A stretch of 64,000 bases of DNA from Polyangiales bacterium (GCA_964202905.1 CAXNJO010000001.1:768001-832000), one strand, 5' to 3'. Numbered from the stretch's first letter, positions 51,661 to 62,922 are shown. Translations and numbers: made by a program. The notes: generated from the letters alone by a model not told the origin.

Positions 51661-53483
51661 TCAGCCGCGCGGTGGCGCGTCGTCGTGCGTCCCGAGCGCG
51701 GCCCCCGAGCGCGACGTCTCGACGTCCGGCGGCGGCCCTTCGAGCGTGAGCACCACGTGGACCTCGGCGCCGCCGCGCGCCGCGGCGGGGTCGGCGCCGG
51801 GCGGCAGCGAGTCCCCGCGCGCGAGGGGCTCTGCGTCCCCGAGCTCGATCGTCGCGCCGTGCTCGCCGAGGATGCGGTGCACGATCGCGAGGCCGAGGCC
51901 GGTGCCGCCCGCGCGCGTCGTGAAATACGGCTCGAAGACGCGCTGGCGCTCACTGCCGGGCGGGAAGCCCGGGCCGTTGTCGCGGACGCGCAGCGCCACG
52001 CCGCCGGACGCGTCGGGCCCCGCGACGACCTCGACGAGGGCGGCCGTGCCCTCGCCTCCGCCGTGCCGCGCGCGGGCCGCCTCGGCCGCGTTCTGCACGA
52101 GGTTCACGAGCACCTGCGTGAGCTGCTCGCGGTCGGCCCGCACGAGGGGCAGCGTCCCTGCGACGCGCACGCGGAGCGGCACGTCGCGCGTGACGTGCAT
52201 CGCCTCGAGGTGCGCGAGTAGCTCGCGCAGGTCGAGCGGCTCCGGGCGCGGGCGCGGCAGCCGCGCGAAGCGGGAGAACTCGGTGACGATGCGCTCGAGG
52301 CGGCGCACCTCTTCGAGGATCATCTGCGTCGACTCCTCGAAGATCTCGGGGAAGTCGGGGTGCGCGCGCGCGTACGTCTTGCGCATCGTCTCGATGCTCA
52401 CCTGGATGGGCAGCAGCGGGTTCTTGATCTCGTGGGCGATGCGCTGCGCGATGTCGCGCCACGCGGCGATGCGCTCGGCGCGCACGAGGCGGCGCTGCGC
52501 GGTCGTGAGCTCGCGCGTCATGTGATCGAAGGCGGCCGTCGCGCGGCCCGCCTCGCCGCGCGGGCTGCCGCCGATGGTGGAGGCGAGATCGCCCGACGCG
52601 ACGCGCGCCGCGGCCGCCTCGAGGCTCGCGAGCGGCCGCGTCGTCGCCCGCGCGAGCAGAACGCCCATCAGCGCCGCGAAGAGCGCCGCCGCGAGCAGCG
52701 CGAGGCCCACGGTGCGATCGATCGCCGCGAGCGCTGCGCGGTGCGGCGCGTCGTCGCGCACGGCCACGACGCGCAGCGCCGGTGCGCCGGCCGCGTCGGC
52801 CAGCGTCGCGACGTCCCGCGTCGTACCCGGCATGACGCCCGACTCGCCCGCACCGCGCAGCGCGAGCCGCGTCGACTCGCCATCGGCCCCGAGCCCAGCG
52901 AGCAGACGCGCATCGAGCGCGCGGCCCGCGACGACGACGAGCGGCGCCGCGCCCGTGCCCGCGGTGCAGGCGACGAAGAGCGTGGGTGTGTTGCCATCGC
53001 CGCGAGATGGTGTCGTGTCCGACTCGGTGCAGGCCGCACGAAGGCGCGACTTCCCGCCGCGAGCGCGTCGCGGACCAGCGCCTCCTCGCGTCGCACGTCG
53101 CGCGTCGCCGCGGGCGCGCGGCCGAGCACCGTGCCGTCGGCGTCGAGCACGGTGATCGCGTCGGCGTCGAGCGACTGCAGCAACCGCGGGCTGCTCGCGG
53201 CGAGCTGCGTGAGCGCGTCCACTTCGGGCAGCCCCGCCTCGCGTGCACGCACGAGCGCGTCGATCGCCGCGTCCCCGTCGCACAGCCGCTCGACCCCGCG
53301 GCGGTCGCTCGCGAGGCGCGCGTCGAGCGCCCGGCGCGCGCGCGTGACGGCCTCGGCGAGGCGCGCGACGTGCGCGGCCTCGCGACGCGCCACGAGCGCG
53401 CTGCGCGCCCAGAGCCCCACGGCCATCGTCGGCAGCAGCGCCGCGCAGAGCACGGCGAGCACGACGCGGACGCGCAGGCTCAT
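51661..53483 (-). CDS. HAMP sensor histidine kinase (NtrY-like); frameshift about 52985-53045
   Basis: N-terminal TM MSLRVRVVLAVL in ORF 52668..53483; second TM, HAMP, ERIAAWRDIAQRIAHEIKNPL, NLVQNA, DNGPG and GTGLGL in ORF 51661..53283. Confidence 0.88.
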
Positions 53484-53520
53484 CGCGTCTTCGCCGCGAG
53501 ACGCCGGGCGTGCGCGCGGC

Positions 53521-55938
53521 TCACGGACTCGCTCCCGCCGGCGCGTTCGAGTCGGTGCCGCCGAGCTGCTCCATGAGGAAGGTGCTCGGGTCCGCGACGC
53601 CCGGCGGCTGCGCCGTCCCGGTGGGCTGCGTCCCCTCGAGGAACACCTCCTCGAGCGCGCCAGGCATGCCCTCGTAGGCGAGGAGCCCGCTCACGGGGTC
53701 GATCGTCGCCACCATCACGCCCGATGGCATCGGGAAGTCGACGACGGGGCGACCCCGGAGCGCCGTGCCCGCGAGCTCGATCCACACGGGGAGCGCCGCC
53801 TTCGCGCCGCTCTCGCGCCGCCCGAGCGGGCGCCGGTCGTCGTAGCCGATCCACACCCCCGCCACGAGCTCCGGCGTGTAGCCCACGAACCACGCGTCGC
53901 GCGCGTCGTTGCTCGTGCCCGTCTTGCCCGCGATGGGGCGCGCGAGGCGCTTCGCGGCGGTCGCGGTGCCGGACTGCACCACGCTCGTCAGCATGCTCGT
54001 CAGCACGTAGGCCTCCGCGGGCGTCATCACCTCGCGTGGCGGCGGCAGCGCGGGCAGCGGCACGTCGCGGCCGTCGGGGCCCACGATCCGCCGCAAAAAA
54101 CGGGGTGCGGCCCAGGTCCCGCCCGCCGCGAACGTCGCGTACGCGTTGACGAGCTCGACGGGGCGCACCTCGCTCGCCCCGAGCGCGAGCGCGAGCGTCG
54201 GGACGAGCGGCGTCGAGAGGCCGAGCTGCTGCGCGAAGCCGACGGCCTCGACCGGCGTGACCTCCTGCATAACGTGCACGGCCACGAGGTTGATCGACTG
54301 CGCGACCGCCTCGCGCACGCGCACGGCGCCCTGATAGCGCCACGTCTCGTAGTTCTGCGGGCGCCACTGGTCGAAGACCTCGGGGGCGTCGAGCACGATC
54401 GACGCGGGCGTGATGCGGCGCGTGCGCAGCGCGAGCCCGTAGACGATCGGTTTGAAGGTCGAGCCCGGCTGCCGCACCGCCTGCGTCGCGCGGTTGAAGC
54501 CCGCGCCCGACGACTCGTAGCCGCCGACGACCGCGAGCACGTCGCGCGTGCGCGGGTCGATCACGACGACGGCGCCCTCCGGCCCCGGCTCGATGCGCGC
54601 CTCGGCCGCTGCGTCGGGCACGTCCGCGTCGGGGAGGCGCTGCACCGAGACGCGCACCCGCGCGCCGCGCCGTGCGAAGCGGCTCGCCGGCAGTGACTCC
54701 GGGTTGAAGCGCCGCGCGGCGTCGACGTCCACGAGCGCGCGGTACCCGCCGACGTCGAGCGCGATCGTGCCCGCCGCGTCGTCCGCGCCCGTCACGACGG
54801 CGTCGTACGTGTGTCCCGTCTGCAGGCGCGCGAGGCGCGGCGGCGGGCGCGGGGCGTTGCGGCGCGGCGGCGGCTCGTACGGCGCGCGGAGCGCGTGCCG
54901 CTGATCGAACTGCGCGAGCTGTGCGCGCAGCGCGGCGCGGGCCGCGCGCTGCGTCCCGAGATCGAGCGTCGTGTGGATCGTGTAGCCGCCCGCGTCGGCC
55001 GCCGCGTCGCCCACCAGCGCGCGCAGCTCCTTGCGCGCGAGCTGCACGATCTCCGGAGCGCGCTCGCCGTCGTCGCGCAGGGTCGCGAGGCGCGGCGCGG
55101 TGTCGCGCGCGGCGCGGATCGCCTCGAGGCTCAGGTCGGGCCAGTACTCGGCGCGCTTCTGCTCGAGTTGATCGAGCACGAAGCGCTGCCGCCGCCGCGC
55201 GGCCTCCGGGTGCGTGCGCGGCGAGAGGCGCGCGGGCTGCTGCGGCACGCCCGCGATGAGCGTCGCCTCCGCGAGGTCGAGGTCGCCGACGTCCTTGCCG
55301 AAGTAGAAGCGCGCGGCCTCCTGCACGCCGTAGCGCCCGTGCCCGTAGTTGATCGTGTTGAGGTAGAGCCCGAGGATCTCGTCCTTCGTGAACTCCTGCT
55401 CGAGGCGCCGCGCGAGGATCAGCTCCTTGATCTTGCGGGGCAGGCTGCGCTCGGGGCTGAGCAGCAGGTTCTTCACGATCTGCTGCGTGATCGTGCTCGT
55501 GCCCTGCACGCGCCGCCCGCTCAGCAGATGCCGCCCGAGCGCGCGCACGATGCCCGGATAGTCGAGCCCCTCGTGCCGGTAGAAGTCGGCGTCCTCGGCC
55601 GCGAGCACCGCGAGCACGAGCACGCGCGGGACCTGCCCGATCGGCACCACGGTGCGCCGCTCCGTGAAGAGCTCGTCGATGAGCGCGCCGTTCCGATCGA
55701 GCACGCGCGTCACCTGCGCGGGGCGGTAGCTCCGCAGCGCCGCGACCGAGGGCAGATCGCGCCCGTAGTACGTGAAGACGGCCGCGAGCGCGCCGACCGC
55801 GAACAACCCGCCGAGCAGCGTCAGCCACGCGAGGCGCCGCAGCCAGCGCCAGACGAACGACTCGCGCGGCCGCGGCGGCCGCATCACCGCGAGGGGCCTG
55901 CGCCCCGCGCCACCGGGATCGCGTCTCTCGTCTGCCAT
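53521..55938 (-). CDS. mrcA: Class A penicillin-binding protein PBP1A
   Basis: TM anchor; GT51 motifs AEDADF, GTSTITQQ, RKIKE, YLN; transpeptidase motifs PGSTFK, SIN, KTGT. Confidence 0.93.
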   Translation of the reverse strand: MADERRDPGGAGRRPLAVMRPPRPRESFVWRWLRRLAWLTLLGGLFAVGALAAVFTYYGRDLPSVAALRSYRPAQVTRVLDRNGALIDELFTERRTVVPIGQVPRVLVLAVLAAEDADFYRHEGLDYPGIVRALGRHLLSGRRVQGTSTITQQIVKNLLLSPERSLPRKIKELILARRLEQEFTKDEILGLYLNTINYGHGRYGVQEAARFYFGKDVGDLDLAEATLIAGVPQQPARLSPRTHPEAARRRQRFVLDQLEQKRAEYWPDLSLEAIRAARDTAPRLATLRDDGERAPEIVQLARKELRALVGDAAADAGGYTIHTTLDLGTQRAARAALRAQLAQFDQRHALRAPYEPPPRRNAPRPPPRLARLQTGHTYDAVVTGADDAAGTIALDVGGYRALVDVDAARRFNPESLPASRFARRGARVRVSVQRLPDADVPDAAAEARIEPGPEGAVVVIDPRTRDVLAVVGGYESSGAGFNRATQAVRQPGSTFKPIVYGLALRTRRITPASIVLDAPEVFDQWRPQNYETWRYQGAVRVREAVAQSINLVAVHVMQEVTPVEAVGFAQQLGLSTPLVPTLALALGASEVRPVELVNAYATFAAGGTWAAPRFLRRIVGPDGRDVPLPALPPPREVMTPAEAYVLTSMLTSVVQSGTATAAKRLARPIAGKTGTSNDARDAWFVGYTPELVAGVWIGYDDRRPLGRRESGAKAALPVWIELAGTALRGRPVVDFPMPSGVMVATIDPVSGLLAYEGMPGALEEVFLEGTQPTGTAQPPGVADPSTFLMEQLGGTDSNAPAGASP

Positions 55939-56004
55939 CCGTGTCTCTCGCGCGTCCGGGGCCGCATCTTGGCCGCGCGGGAAACAAAGTACAAACGCGC
56001 GCCG

Positions 56005-57459
56005 TCAGCCGAGCAGCGCCTCGAGCGGCCCCGCGACGAGCCGTGAACGCGGGTCGCCGAAGTCGTCGAGCGGCTCGCCCGCGAGCGTGCCGAGCGTGTT
56101 CCAGAGGTTCGAGACCTGTCGCCGCTCGGCGCTCTCGCTCGTCCACTCGGGGTAGATCAGCGTGCGGCCGCCGGTGCGCAGGCCGAGCGACTCGCCGCCG
56201 AGGAGCAGCACGGGCTGATCGTCCGAGCGCGCGTGATGACCGACGCCGTTGTCCGTCGTGTAGACGATCACGGTGCGGTCGAGCATCGAGCCCTCGCCGT
56301 CGAGCTCTGGCGTATCGCGCAGCTCGCGGGCGAGCGCGAGGACGGCGTCGACCTCCGCGCGCCACACCAGCCGCAGCTCGGCGCGGATGTCGGCGGCCGC
56401 GGCGTCGCCGTATTGATGGCAGAGCGCGTGCCGCTCGCCCGCGGTGCGCGGCCCGAGGCCATAGCGGAACGCGTGGAAGCCACCGCCCGTGCCCATGCCG
56501 ACGACGGCCACGTTCGTGAGGCCCGTGCGCAGCGCGGCGCTGACGGTCGCGAGCTGCGCGCGCATCGCGTCGAGCGGCGCGAGCTCGTTGCCCGGGCGCG
56601 GCGGCAGCGACGTCTCGCCGCTCGCCATGATCACCTCGCGGAAGCGCGACTGGTTGCCGAGGAGCTGCTCGAGCGACTGCGCATAATCGGCGGCCTGCGC
56701 GCGGGCGCGACCGGGTGGCGCCTCGTCGCGCGCGCGCGTCGCGTCGGCGTAGGCGAACTCGAGCAGGCGCGTACGACGGTCGAGCTGCGCGGTGTCGGAC
56801 GTCGCGAGCGGCCCGACGTACGCATCCCAGGCGGCGGTGTGCGAGAGCATGAGCGGCAGCGCGCGCCCCGCGCCCGAGGCGCACGTCTCGAACGACACCG
56901 CCGACGGGAACGACGACACGCCGACGCGCACCGCGGGCACCGGCGTGCGCCGCGCCCCGACCCCGCGCACGCAGTCGAGGTTCGCGAGGAAGTCGTCGAT
57001 CGTCACGCCGCCCGGGTCATTGCGCACCGTGCGCGTCGACGAGAGCACGCCGTGGTACGACGAGTGCCCGCCCGTGATGCCGAGCTCCGAGAGCCCCATC
57101 ACCACGGCCGCGCGCGACGCGAGGTCACCGAGCCCGGCGAGCGCGGGCGCCGTCGCGAGATCGCCCTCGATCGTCGCGAGCGTGCGGTGCGCCGCGCCGT
57201 AGCCGCGCACCGCGCCGTAGCCCTCGCCCCACCAGAGGTCGTCGCGCACGGCCTCGCCGCGGCTCGTCGCGATCCACGCCTTCGTCTCGCTCGACATCAG
57301 CGTCGCGGCGTCCATGCCGTTGCCCGAGAGGAAGAACACGAAGCGCGTCGGGCGCCCACCCGCCGCGCGCGCGGGCCTCCCGCGGCCGAGCGCGAGCGCC
57401 GCGACCGCCGCGCCTGCGCCCGCGAGAAATCCCCGTCGTCCGAGCCGCGGCGTCGTCAT
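56005..57459 (-). CDS. Tat-exported DUF1552-family protein
   Basis: MTTPRLGRRGFLAGAG Tat motif, PTRFVFF..GNG, TIDDFLA, HALCH, SMLDRTVIVYTTD.G..H, NLWNTL. Confidence 0.85.
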   Translation of the reverse strand: MTTPRLGRRGFLAGAGAAVAALALGRGRPARAAGGRPTRFVFFLSGNGMDAATLMSSETKAWIATSRGEAVRDDLWWGEGYGAVRGYGAAHRTLATIEGDLATAPALAGLGDLASRAAVVMGLSELGITGGHSSYHGVLSSTRTVRNDPGGVTIDDFLANLDCVRGVGARRTPVPAVRVGVSSFPSAVSFETCASGAGRALPLMLSHTAAWDAYVGPLATSDTAQLDRRTRLLEFAYADATRARDEAPPGRARAQAADYAQSLEQLLGNQSRFREVIMASGETSLPPRPGNELAPLDAMRAQLATVSAALRTGLTNVAVVGMGTGGGFHAFRYGLGPRTAGERHALCHQYGDAAAADIRAELRLVWRAEVDAVLALARELRDTPELDGEGSMLDRTVIVYTTDNGVGHHARSDDQPVLLLGGESLGLRTGGRTLIYPEWTSESAERRQVSNLWNTLGTLAGEPLDDFGDPRSRLVAGPLEALLG

Positions 57460-60087
57460 GGGCCCACCTCCGTCGTGTCCGCGCGGTGCAGGAAGGTGTG
57501 GCTCCCGTAGAGCGCCGCGAGCGCGTTCATCAGCGAGCCGCCCTCGAACGCGGCCTCCATCTCGTGCAGCGTGCACGCGTCCGCGGGCGTCTCGTAGCGC
57601 CCCATGAAGTAGCGGAACACGTGCCGCAGAAAGCATCGCCGCGCGTGCGGATCGCCCGCGAGCTCGCGCGTGAGCGTGAGCGCGTCGTCGATCTCGACCA
57701 CGTCGTCGCGGCCCGGCCAGTCCTCGATCGTCGACGAGCCATCGGGCGCGCCGCCGTGATCGGTGACGCGGCGGAAGCCCGCGTGGTTGAAGATCTCGAA
57801 GGGCAGCCCGAGCGTGTTCATGCGCCCGTGGCATGCACCGTTCGCGCAGCGCACGTCGCCGCCGTCGGGGCCCATCGCCTCGGCGATCCGCGCGCGCGCC
57901 GTCGTCTCCGGCGAGGGCCGCAGCGACGCGTCGAGCTCGACGAGCTCGAGCCCCGCGACCGACTCGCAGAAGAGGTGCTCGCGGATCCACTTGCCGCGGA
58001 GCACGAGGCTCGCGTCGTTCTCGGCGTTGCCGCCATGCGCCGCCAGCCACGTCGGGTGCGTGAGCACGCCCGAGCGCTCGCCCGCGGCGAACTCGACCCA
58101 GCGTGCCGCGTGCGCCGGGTCGGTGAGCAGCAGATCGAAGATGGGCTGGGCGTTCTCGACCGAACTTGCGGGATATCGACTGCCATCTTCCACGATGGGC
58201 ACGCCCACGTCGTACATGCGCGAAGCGTGGAACCACTCGATCGGCGGATACGTCGCCGAGCACACGCCCACCGGCCGCCCGTCCGCGCCGAACGAGACCG
58301 TCAGGCACTTCTCGTCGCGGCCCTCGCAGCACTCGCGCTCGGTGCACGTGTATGGGTCGCACGCCGTCCCGGTGAGCGGGCGAGCCAGCCCGTAGGGCAC
58401 CGCGGGCACGCGGTACGTGCGCCCGAGCAGCAGCGCGCGGAGCACGTCCTGCCCGCCCGTCTCGGCCTCGACGACCATGCGCGCGATCGTGTCGTCGAGC
58501 TGCTCGACCATCCCCGGCTCCTCGACCGTCCCGCCGACGATGAGCCCATAGCCCGCGCTCACGAGCGCGTCGTGCCCGAGCGCATCCGCGCGCAGATCCC
58601 AGCGGCTCGTCTCGCCCGCCTCGTCCTTGGCGACCGCCGCGACGCTGCCGTAGTCGAAGTACTCGCGGAAGAAGCCCGCGATGCGTGGCGCGAGCCAGTA
58701 TTCGCCGCGGCGAGACGCGCGCGGATCGGGCGGATAGCGCCCGTAGTCGCGTTGCAGATTCGGCGCGGTACGTCGCGTCGAGCGTCGAGCGCCCGCCCGC
58801 GAAGCCGCTCGCGATCGCGAAGAACGAGGCGACGAACCCGCGCACGCCCGCGTCGGTGTCGAGCGTGCCCGCGCGCTGCGCCTCGCGGAACGCCGGGACC
58901 CAGGCGAGATCGGGGCGCGGATGACGGTGCGGCGGCGCGACGCCCGTCGGCAGATACGTCGTGAGCGCGCCCGCGAGCGCGACGGCGAGCTCGTCCGTGG
59001 TGAGCCTCCCCGTGGCGTCGCCCGCCTCCGCGCGGTGCAGCGCGCCGAAGAGCATGAACGACGCGTCGAAGACCTCGTCGAGCGCGCGCTGCCGCCGTGC
59101 GCCGAGCGTCGGCACGTCGAGCTCCGCCGTCGCGTTGCCCGACTCCGTGCGCAGCCGCGCGCGGGCCGCCTCGAGGTCCGTGCGCGAGGCCTCGAGCACC
59201 TCGTCGAGAAAATCGCGCAGCAGCGCGCGCTCCGCCGGCGAGGGCGCGCTGGCGTGCGTCGCATGCGCGAACGACGCGTCGATGAACGCGTCGCGACAGG
59301 CGTCGTCGGGCTGGTCCGAGGCGCTCCCGAGCCTGCGCATGCACGCGGTGTCGACGCCGAGCGCGCGCAGATCGCGCGCATACCAGGGCTGGTAGGCCCA
59401 GCCCGGCAGCGTGTGCGTCGCCGCGAGCGCGTCGAAGGAGAGCAGCAGCGACGACGCGTCGATCGACTCACCGGAGACGAAGGTCGAGTAGGGCCCCGAC
59501 GTCACGCCGAAGGGATTGGCGACGAGCGACGGCTCGGTGAGCACGCCGCCGAGCGCATGCACCCACTCCGCGTTGCCCACGCGCCGCACGCGCGGCGGAC
59601 CGGGCGGCGCCTCCGAGGGCAGCGCGCACGTGAAGAGCGCGTCCTGATCGCGCGTGTTCGGCGCGGGTGTGGGCCGCGGGGGCGGCGTCACGCACCCCGT
59701 CGGCGCGCCGGCCTCCACCCACGCGCGCACGAGCGCGACCTCGGCCGCGGGGTTCGCCGCGCGGGTCGGCGGCATGATGTCGGCCGGATCCGCTGGGTCC
59801 ATGCGCTCGAGCACGAGGGGGAACCGCTCCGACCGCACGAGCTCCGGCAGATCCGCCGCCGCGAAGCTCGGCCACCGCGGGCCGACCGGCAGATGACACC
59901 CCGACTGCGCGCAGGTCGCCTCCAGATACGTCCCCGCCTCGCGTTCGAGCGCCATCGCCTCGGCGTCGCAGACGTCGGGCGGCGGGGCCGGCGGCGGCGG
60001 CGGCGCAGGGTCCGTCGACCCACACGCCGCGAGCAGCAGCGCATGCGTGATCGCGAGCAGAGACGCCCGAAGCCGACTGCGGATCAT
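57456..60087 (-). CDS. DUF1592/DUF1588/DUF1585-type lipoprotein with N-terminal cytochrome c-like motif; +1 frameshift about 58757-58766
   Basis: Lipobox LLLAAC; CAQSGCH...MPP...VRAWVEAGA; RRVGNAEW; ERSGVLTHP.WL, RGKWIREHLFC, ACHGRMNTLGLPFE, FRYFMGR. ATGA coupling to the DUF1552 gene. Confidence 0.82.
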
Positions 60088-60237
60088 CCACCGACGGTAC
60101 GCCGCGCGAGGGGCGGGAATCGAGAGGGAAATAAGGACTCCGATCGAAGGGGAGGACCGACGACACGGCTCGCACCACTCGGCCGCATCCCCACGCAACC
60201 CATCAACCTCCTTGTTACGTCCCGCCCAATCCCTCTC

Positions 60238-60951
60238 TCACCCACCCCGCGCCCGCCTGCGCAGATGTTCGCGCACGATCTCTTCGGCGTGGTCGATCGA
60301 CTGCAACAGGAAGCGCGCGCGCAGCGCGTCGCGGTCGGCGTCGTCGAGGTCGCCGGGGGCGTCGGCGAGCGCGCTGCTCAGCGTGATGGCGGCGGCGACG
60401 CTCACGTTGAGCGACTCGACGAAGCCGCGCATCGGGATGCGGTAGCTGCCGTCGGCGCGGGCGCGCATCGCGGGGCTCACGCCGGCGTGCTCGTTGCCGA
60501 AGACCACCGCGACGCGGCCCGCGGCGGCGAGATCGCGCGGCTCGTGCGTGCCGTCCATCGCGGCGACGAGCACGCGGTAGCCGCGGGCGTGCAGCGCGTC
60601 GACGCAGTCTTCCGTGCGCGCGTGACGCACGAGATCGAGCCAGCGCTCGCTGCCCTTCGCGACGCGCGTCGAGGCGACGAAGCGCTCGACCGACTCGACG
60701 ACGTGCACCTCCTGCGCGCCGAAGGCATCGGCGCTGCGCAGCACGGCCGCGGTGTTGTGCGGATCGCTGAGCCGTTCGAGCACGGGGATCACGCGGCGCG
60801 TGCGGCCGGCGATCACCGCTTCGATGCGCGCCTTGCGCTCGTCCGTCGCGAGCGGCGCGAGCGCCTCGATCACGTCGTCGGCTGGGGCGGGCAGCGGCGG
60901 GCGCGCGGCGTGCGGCGCGAGGGGGGCGACCTCGGGGTGTTCTCGGCGCAT
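60238..60951 (-). CDS. trmH: TrmH/SpoU-family RNA 2'-O-methyltransferase
   Basis: LERLSDPHNTAAVLRSADAFG, AKGSERW, VFGNEHAGVS, IPMRGFVESLNVSVAAA. Confidence 0.88.
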   Translation of the reverse strand: MRREHPEVAPLAPHAARPPLPAPADDVIEALAPLATDERKARIEAVIAGRTRRVIPVLERLSDPHNTAAVLRSADAFGAQEVHVVESVERFVASTRVAKGSERWLDLVRHARTEDCVDALHARGYRVLVAAMDGTHEPRDLAAAGRVAVVFGNEHAGVSPAMRARADGSYRIPMRGFVESLNVSVAAAITLSSALADAPGDLDDADRDALRARFLLQSIDHAEEIVREHLRRRARGG

Positions 60952-61098
60952 CGGCGCGCAGTCTGACGACGCGCGGCGCGGGCGTCCATCGTGTCTCGCG
61001 CTCGCGTTCGACCCGCGATTCGTGGCACCGTGCGCGGGATGCGACGCGGCCGTGCAGCGCGTGGGCGGAGTGGATCGCGGCGTTCGCTCGTGCGCGCC

Positions 61099-62424
61099 AT
61101 GTTCGGCATCACGGGGCTCGCGCTTTCGCTGATCGGCGTCGGCCTCCTCCACGCACCGCAGGCGCGCGCGCAGACGATCTCCTCGCGCGCGTGGTCGACG
61201 CTCGAGCCGGGCGTGCGGCTGCTGACGGGGCGCACCACGGGCCCGACGACGCGCTTCTGGGCGCTCGAGATCGACCTCTGCGCCTCGCACGTGCACATGG
61301 CCGCGAGCGGGGTCGCGAGCAGCCGGCAGACGGCGTCCGCGTGGGGCGGGCGCGCGGGCGTCACCGCCGCGGTGAACGGCGACTTCTTCCGCACCGACAC
61401 GAGCACGCCCGTCACCTACGGGCAGTCGGTCGGCGCGGGGCGAGTGTGGCCCACGGCGCAGTCGGGCGAGGGCAGCGCCTACACGGGCGATTGGTACCAC
61501 CGGCGTTACGGTTGGATCGCCTTCGGCCCGGACTGGGTCGAGTTCAACCACACCGAGGCCGTGCGGCGCGCGGGCGGCACGACGCAGGGCTTTCTCCCCG
61601 GGCGCGCGACGACGGGCGAGGTGCCCGCGGGCACGGTCGCGCTCGTGAGCGGCTTCCCCGAGCTCGTCACCGAGGGGCGCGTCGTCACGTGCTCGAGCCC
61701 CACGGCGACCTCGTGTTTCACGGATCGCAGCGACATGCGCGCCCGGAATCCGCGCTCTGCGATGGGCCTCAGCGAGGATCGCCGCACCGCGTGGCTCGTC
61801 GTGGTCGATGGGCGCTCGTCGGTGTCGGCCGGGATGTACGGCACCGAGCTCGCGAACCTCATGGGCGCGCTCGGTGCGTGGCAGGCCTTCAACCTCGATG
61901 GCGGCGGCTCGTCGCAGCTCTGGGTCGATGGGCGCGGCACCGTGAACGCGCCCTCGGACGGCTCACCCCGCCCCGTCGCGAACCTCTGGGGCGTCTACGC
62001 GGGCACGGCGAGCGGCCGACCCGCGACGCCGGGGAGCTGCGTGCCGCCCGACGCGGGGATGCCCGACGCAGGCGCCAGCGACGCCGGGATGGGCGACGCA
62101 GGGGCCTCGTCCGACGCAGGCATCATGGAAGATGGGGATGTCGTCGGGGACGCAGCAGCCCCGCCCGATGCGGGTGCCGTGGCGGACGCTGCCATCGCAG
62201 AAGATGGTTCGACGTCGCGCGACGCGGGCGATCCCCTGGGCCCTGAGGCAGGGCCGTCGCGCCCCGTCGCGCACGGCACCATCGGCGAGTGCGCGTGCCG
62301 AGTCGGGGTGGGCTTCGGCCCGTCGGCGGGCGCGTCGGGGCCGCTGCGCGGGGCGCTCGGGGCGCTGCTGTTCGGCGCGGTCTTCGCGCGGCGTCGGCGC
62401 GGGCGCGGCTCCGCGTCAGCGTGA
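61099..62424 (+). CDS. Phosphodiester glycosidase (NAGPA/DUF2233) family protein with MYXO-CTERM-like tail
   Basis: AAVNGDFF, RNPRSAMG, LVVVDGR, AFNLDGGGSS, NAPSDG..RPVAN; DAG-rich linker; GECACRVG...hydrophobic...RRRR. Alternative start at 61039. Confidence 0.85.
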   Translation: MFGITGLALSLIGVGLLHAPQARAQTISSRAWSTLEPGVRLLTGRTTGPTTRFWALEIDLCASHVHMAASGVASSRQTASAWGGRAGVTAAVNGDFFRTDTSTPVTYGQSVGAGRVWPTAQSGEGSAYTGDWYHRRYGWIAFGPDWVEFNHTEAVRRAGGTTQGFLPGRATTGEVPAGTVALVSGFPELVTEGRVVTCSSPTATSCFTDRSDMRARNPRSAMGLSEDRRTAWLVVVDGRSSVSAGMYGTELANLMGALGAWQAFNLDGGGSSQLWVDGRGTVNAPSDGSPRPVANLWGVYAGTASGRPATPGSCVPPDAGMPDAGASDAGMGDAGASSDAGIMEDGDVVGDAAAPPDAGAVADAAIAEDGSTSRDAGDPLGPEAGPSRPVAHGTIGECACRVGVGFGPSAGASGPLRGALGALLFGAVFARRRRGRGSASA

Positions 62425-62922
62425 GGCGTCGGGCGCGCCCGCGTCGGAAACGCCTGGATTCTCGGGCGATGGCGGCGGTGCGTCGAGCGGCGGCAACGCC
62501 GCGACCCACTGCGCGATGCAGCGCTGCTGCGCGGGGGTGAGCGGGTTCGCGGGGGGCATCGGCTCGCCGCACGGGCCCTGCGCGGCGACGACCTTGAGCA
62601 CGAGCAGGCTCGTCTCCGGGTAGGCGGGCGTGAGCAGCGGGCGGTCTCCGCAGGCCTCGTGCACCGACATCGCGCCGACGAGCCGCTCGGTGATCCCCGG
62701 GCTCGCGAGGTCGAGGCCGGCCTCGGGGTCGTCGCCGCCGTGGCAGTCCGAGACGCCGCACGCGGGGCGCAGCACCTGCAAACGCACATCCTCTTCGGTC
62801 AGACACGGACGCGTCGGATCCGGCACGAAGGTCGGTGTTTCCGGCACGTCCGCACAACCCACCATCGCCGCGAGTGCCAATCCCACGCTCGCTTTCGCGA
62901 AACCCACGCGCACGCGTGCCAT
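62416..62922 (-). CDS. Lipoprotein with cytochrome c-like CX4CH motif
   Basis: Lipobox AMVGC; CGVSDCH...GLDL...PETSLLVLKV...CGEPMP...IAQWV. Confidence 0.75.
   Translation of the reverse strand: MARVRVGFAKASVGLALAAMVGCADVPETPTFVPDPTRPCLTEEDVRLQVLRPACGVSDCHGGDDPEAGLDLASPGITERLVGAMSVHEACGDRPLLTPAYPETSLLVLKVVAAQGPCGEPMPPANPLTPAQQRCIAQWVAALPPLDAPPPSPENPGVSDAGAPDASR

Noticed and set aside
56005..60198. Apparent 1397-aa fusion protein
   Set aside because: Artefact of the frameshift at ~58760, which joins the DUF1592 N-half through a junk frame to the separate DUF1552 gene that has its own Tat signal.
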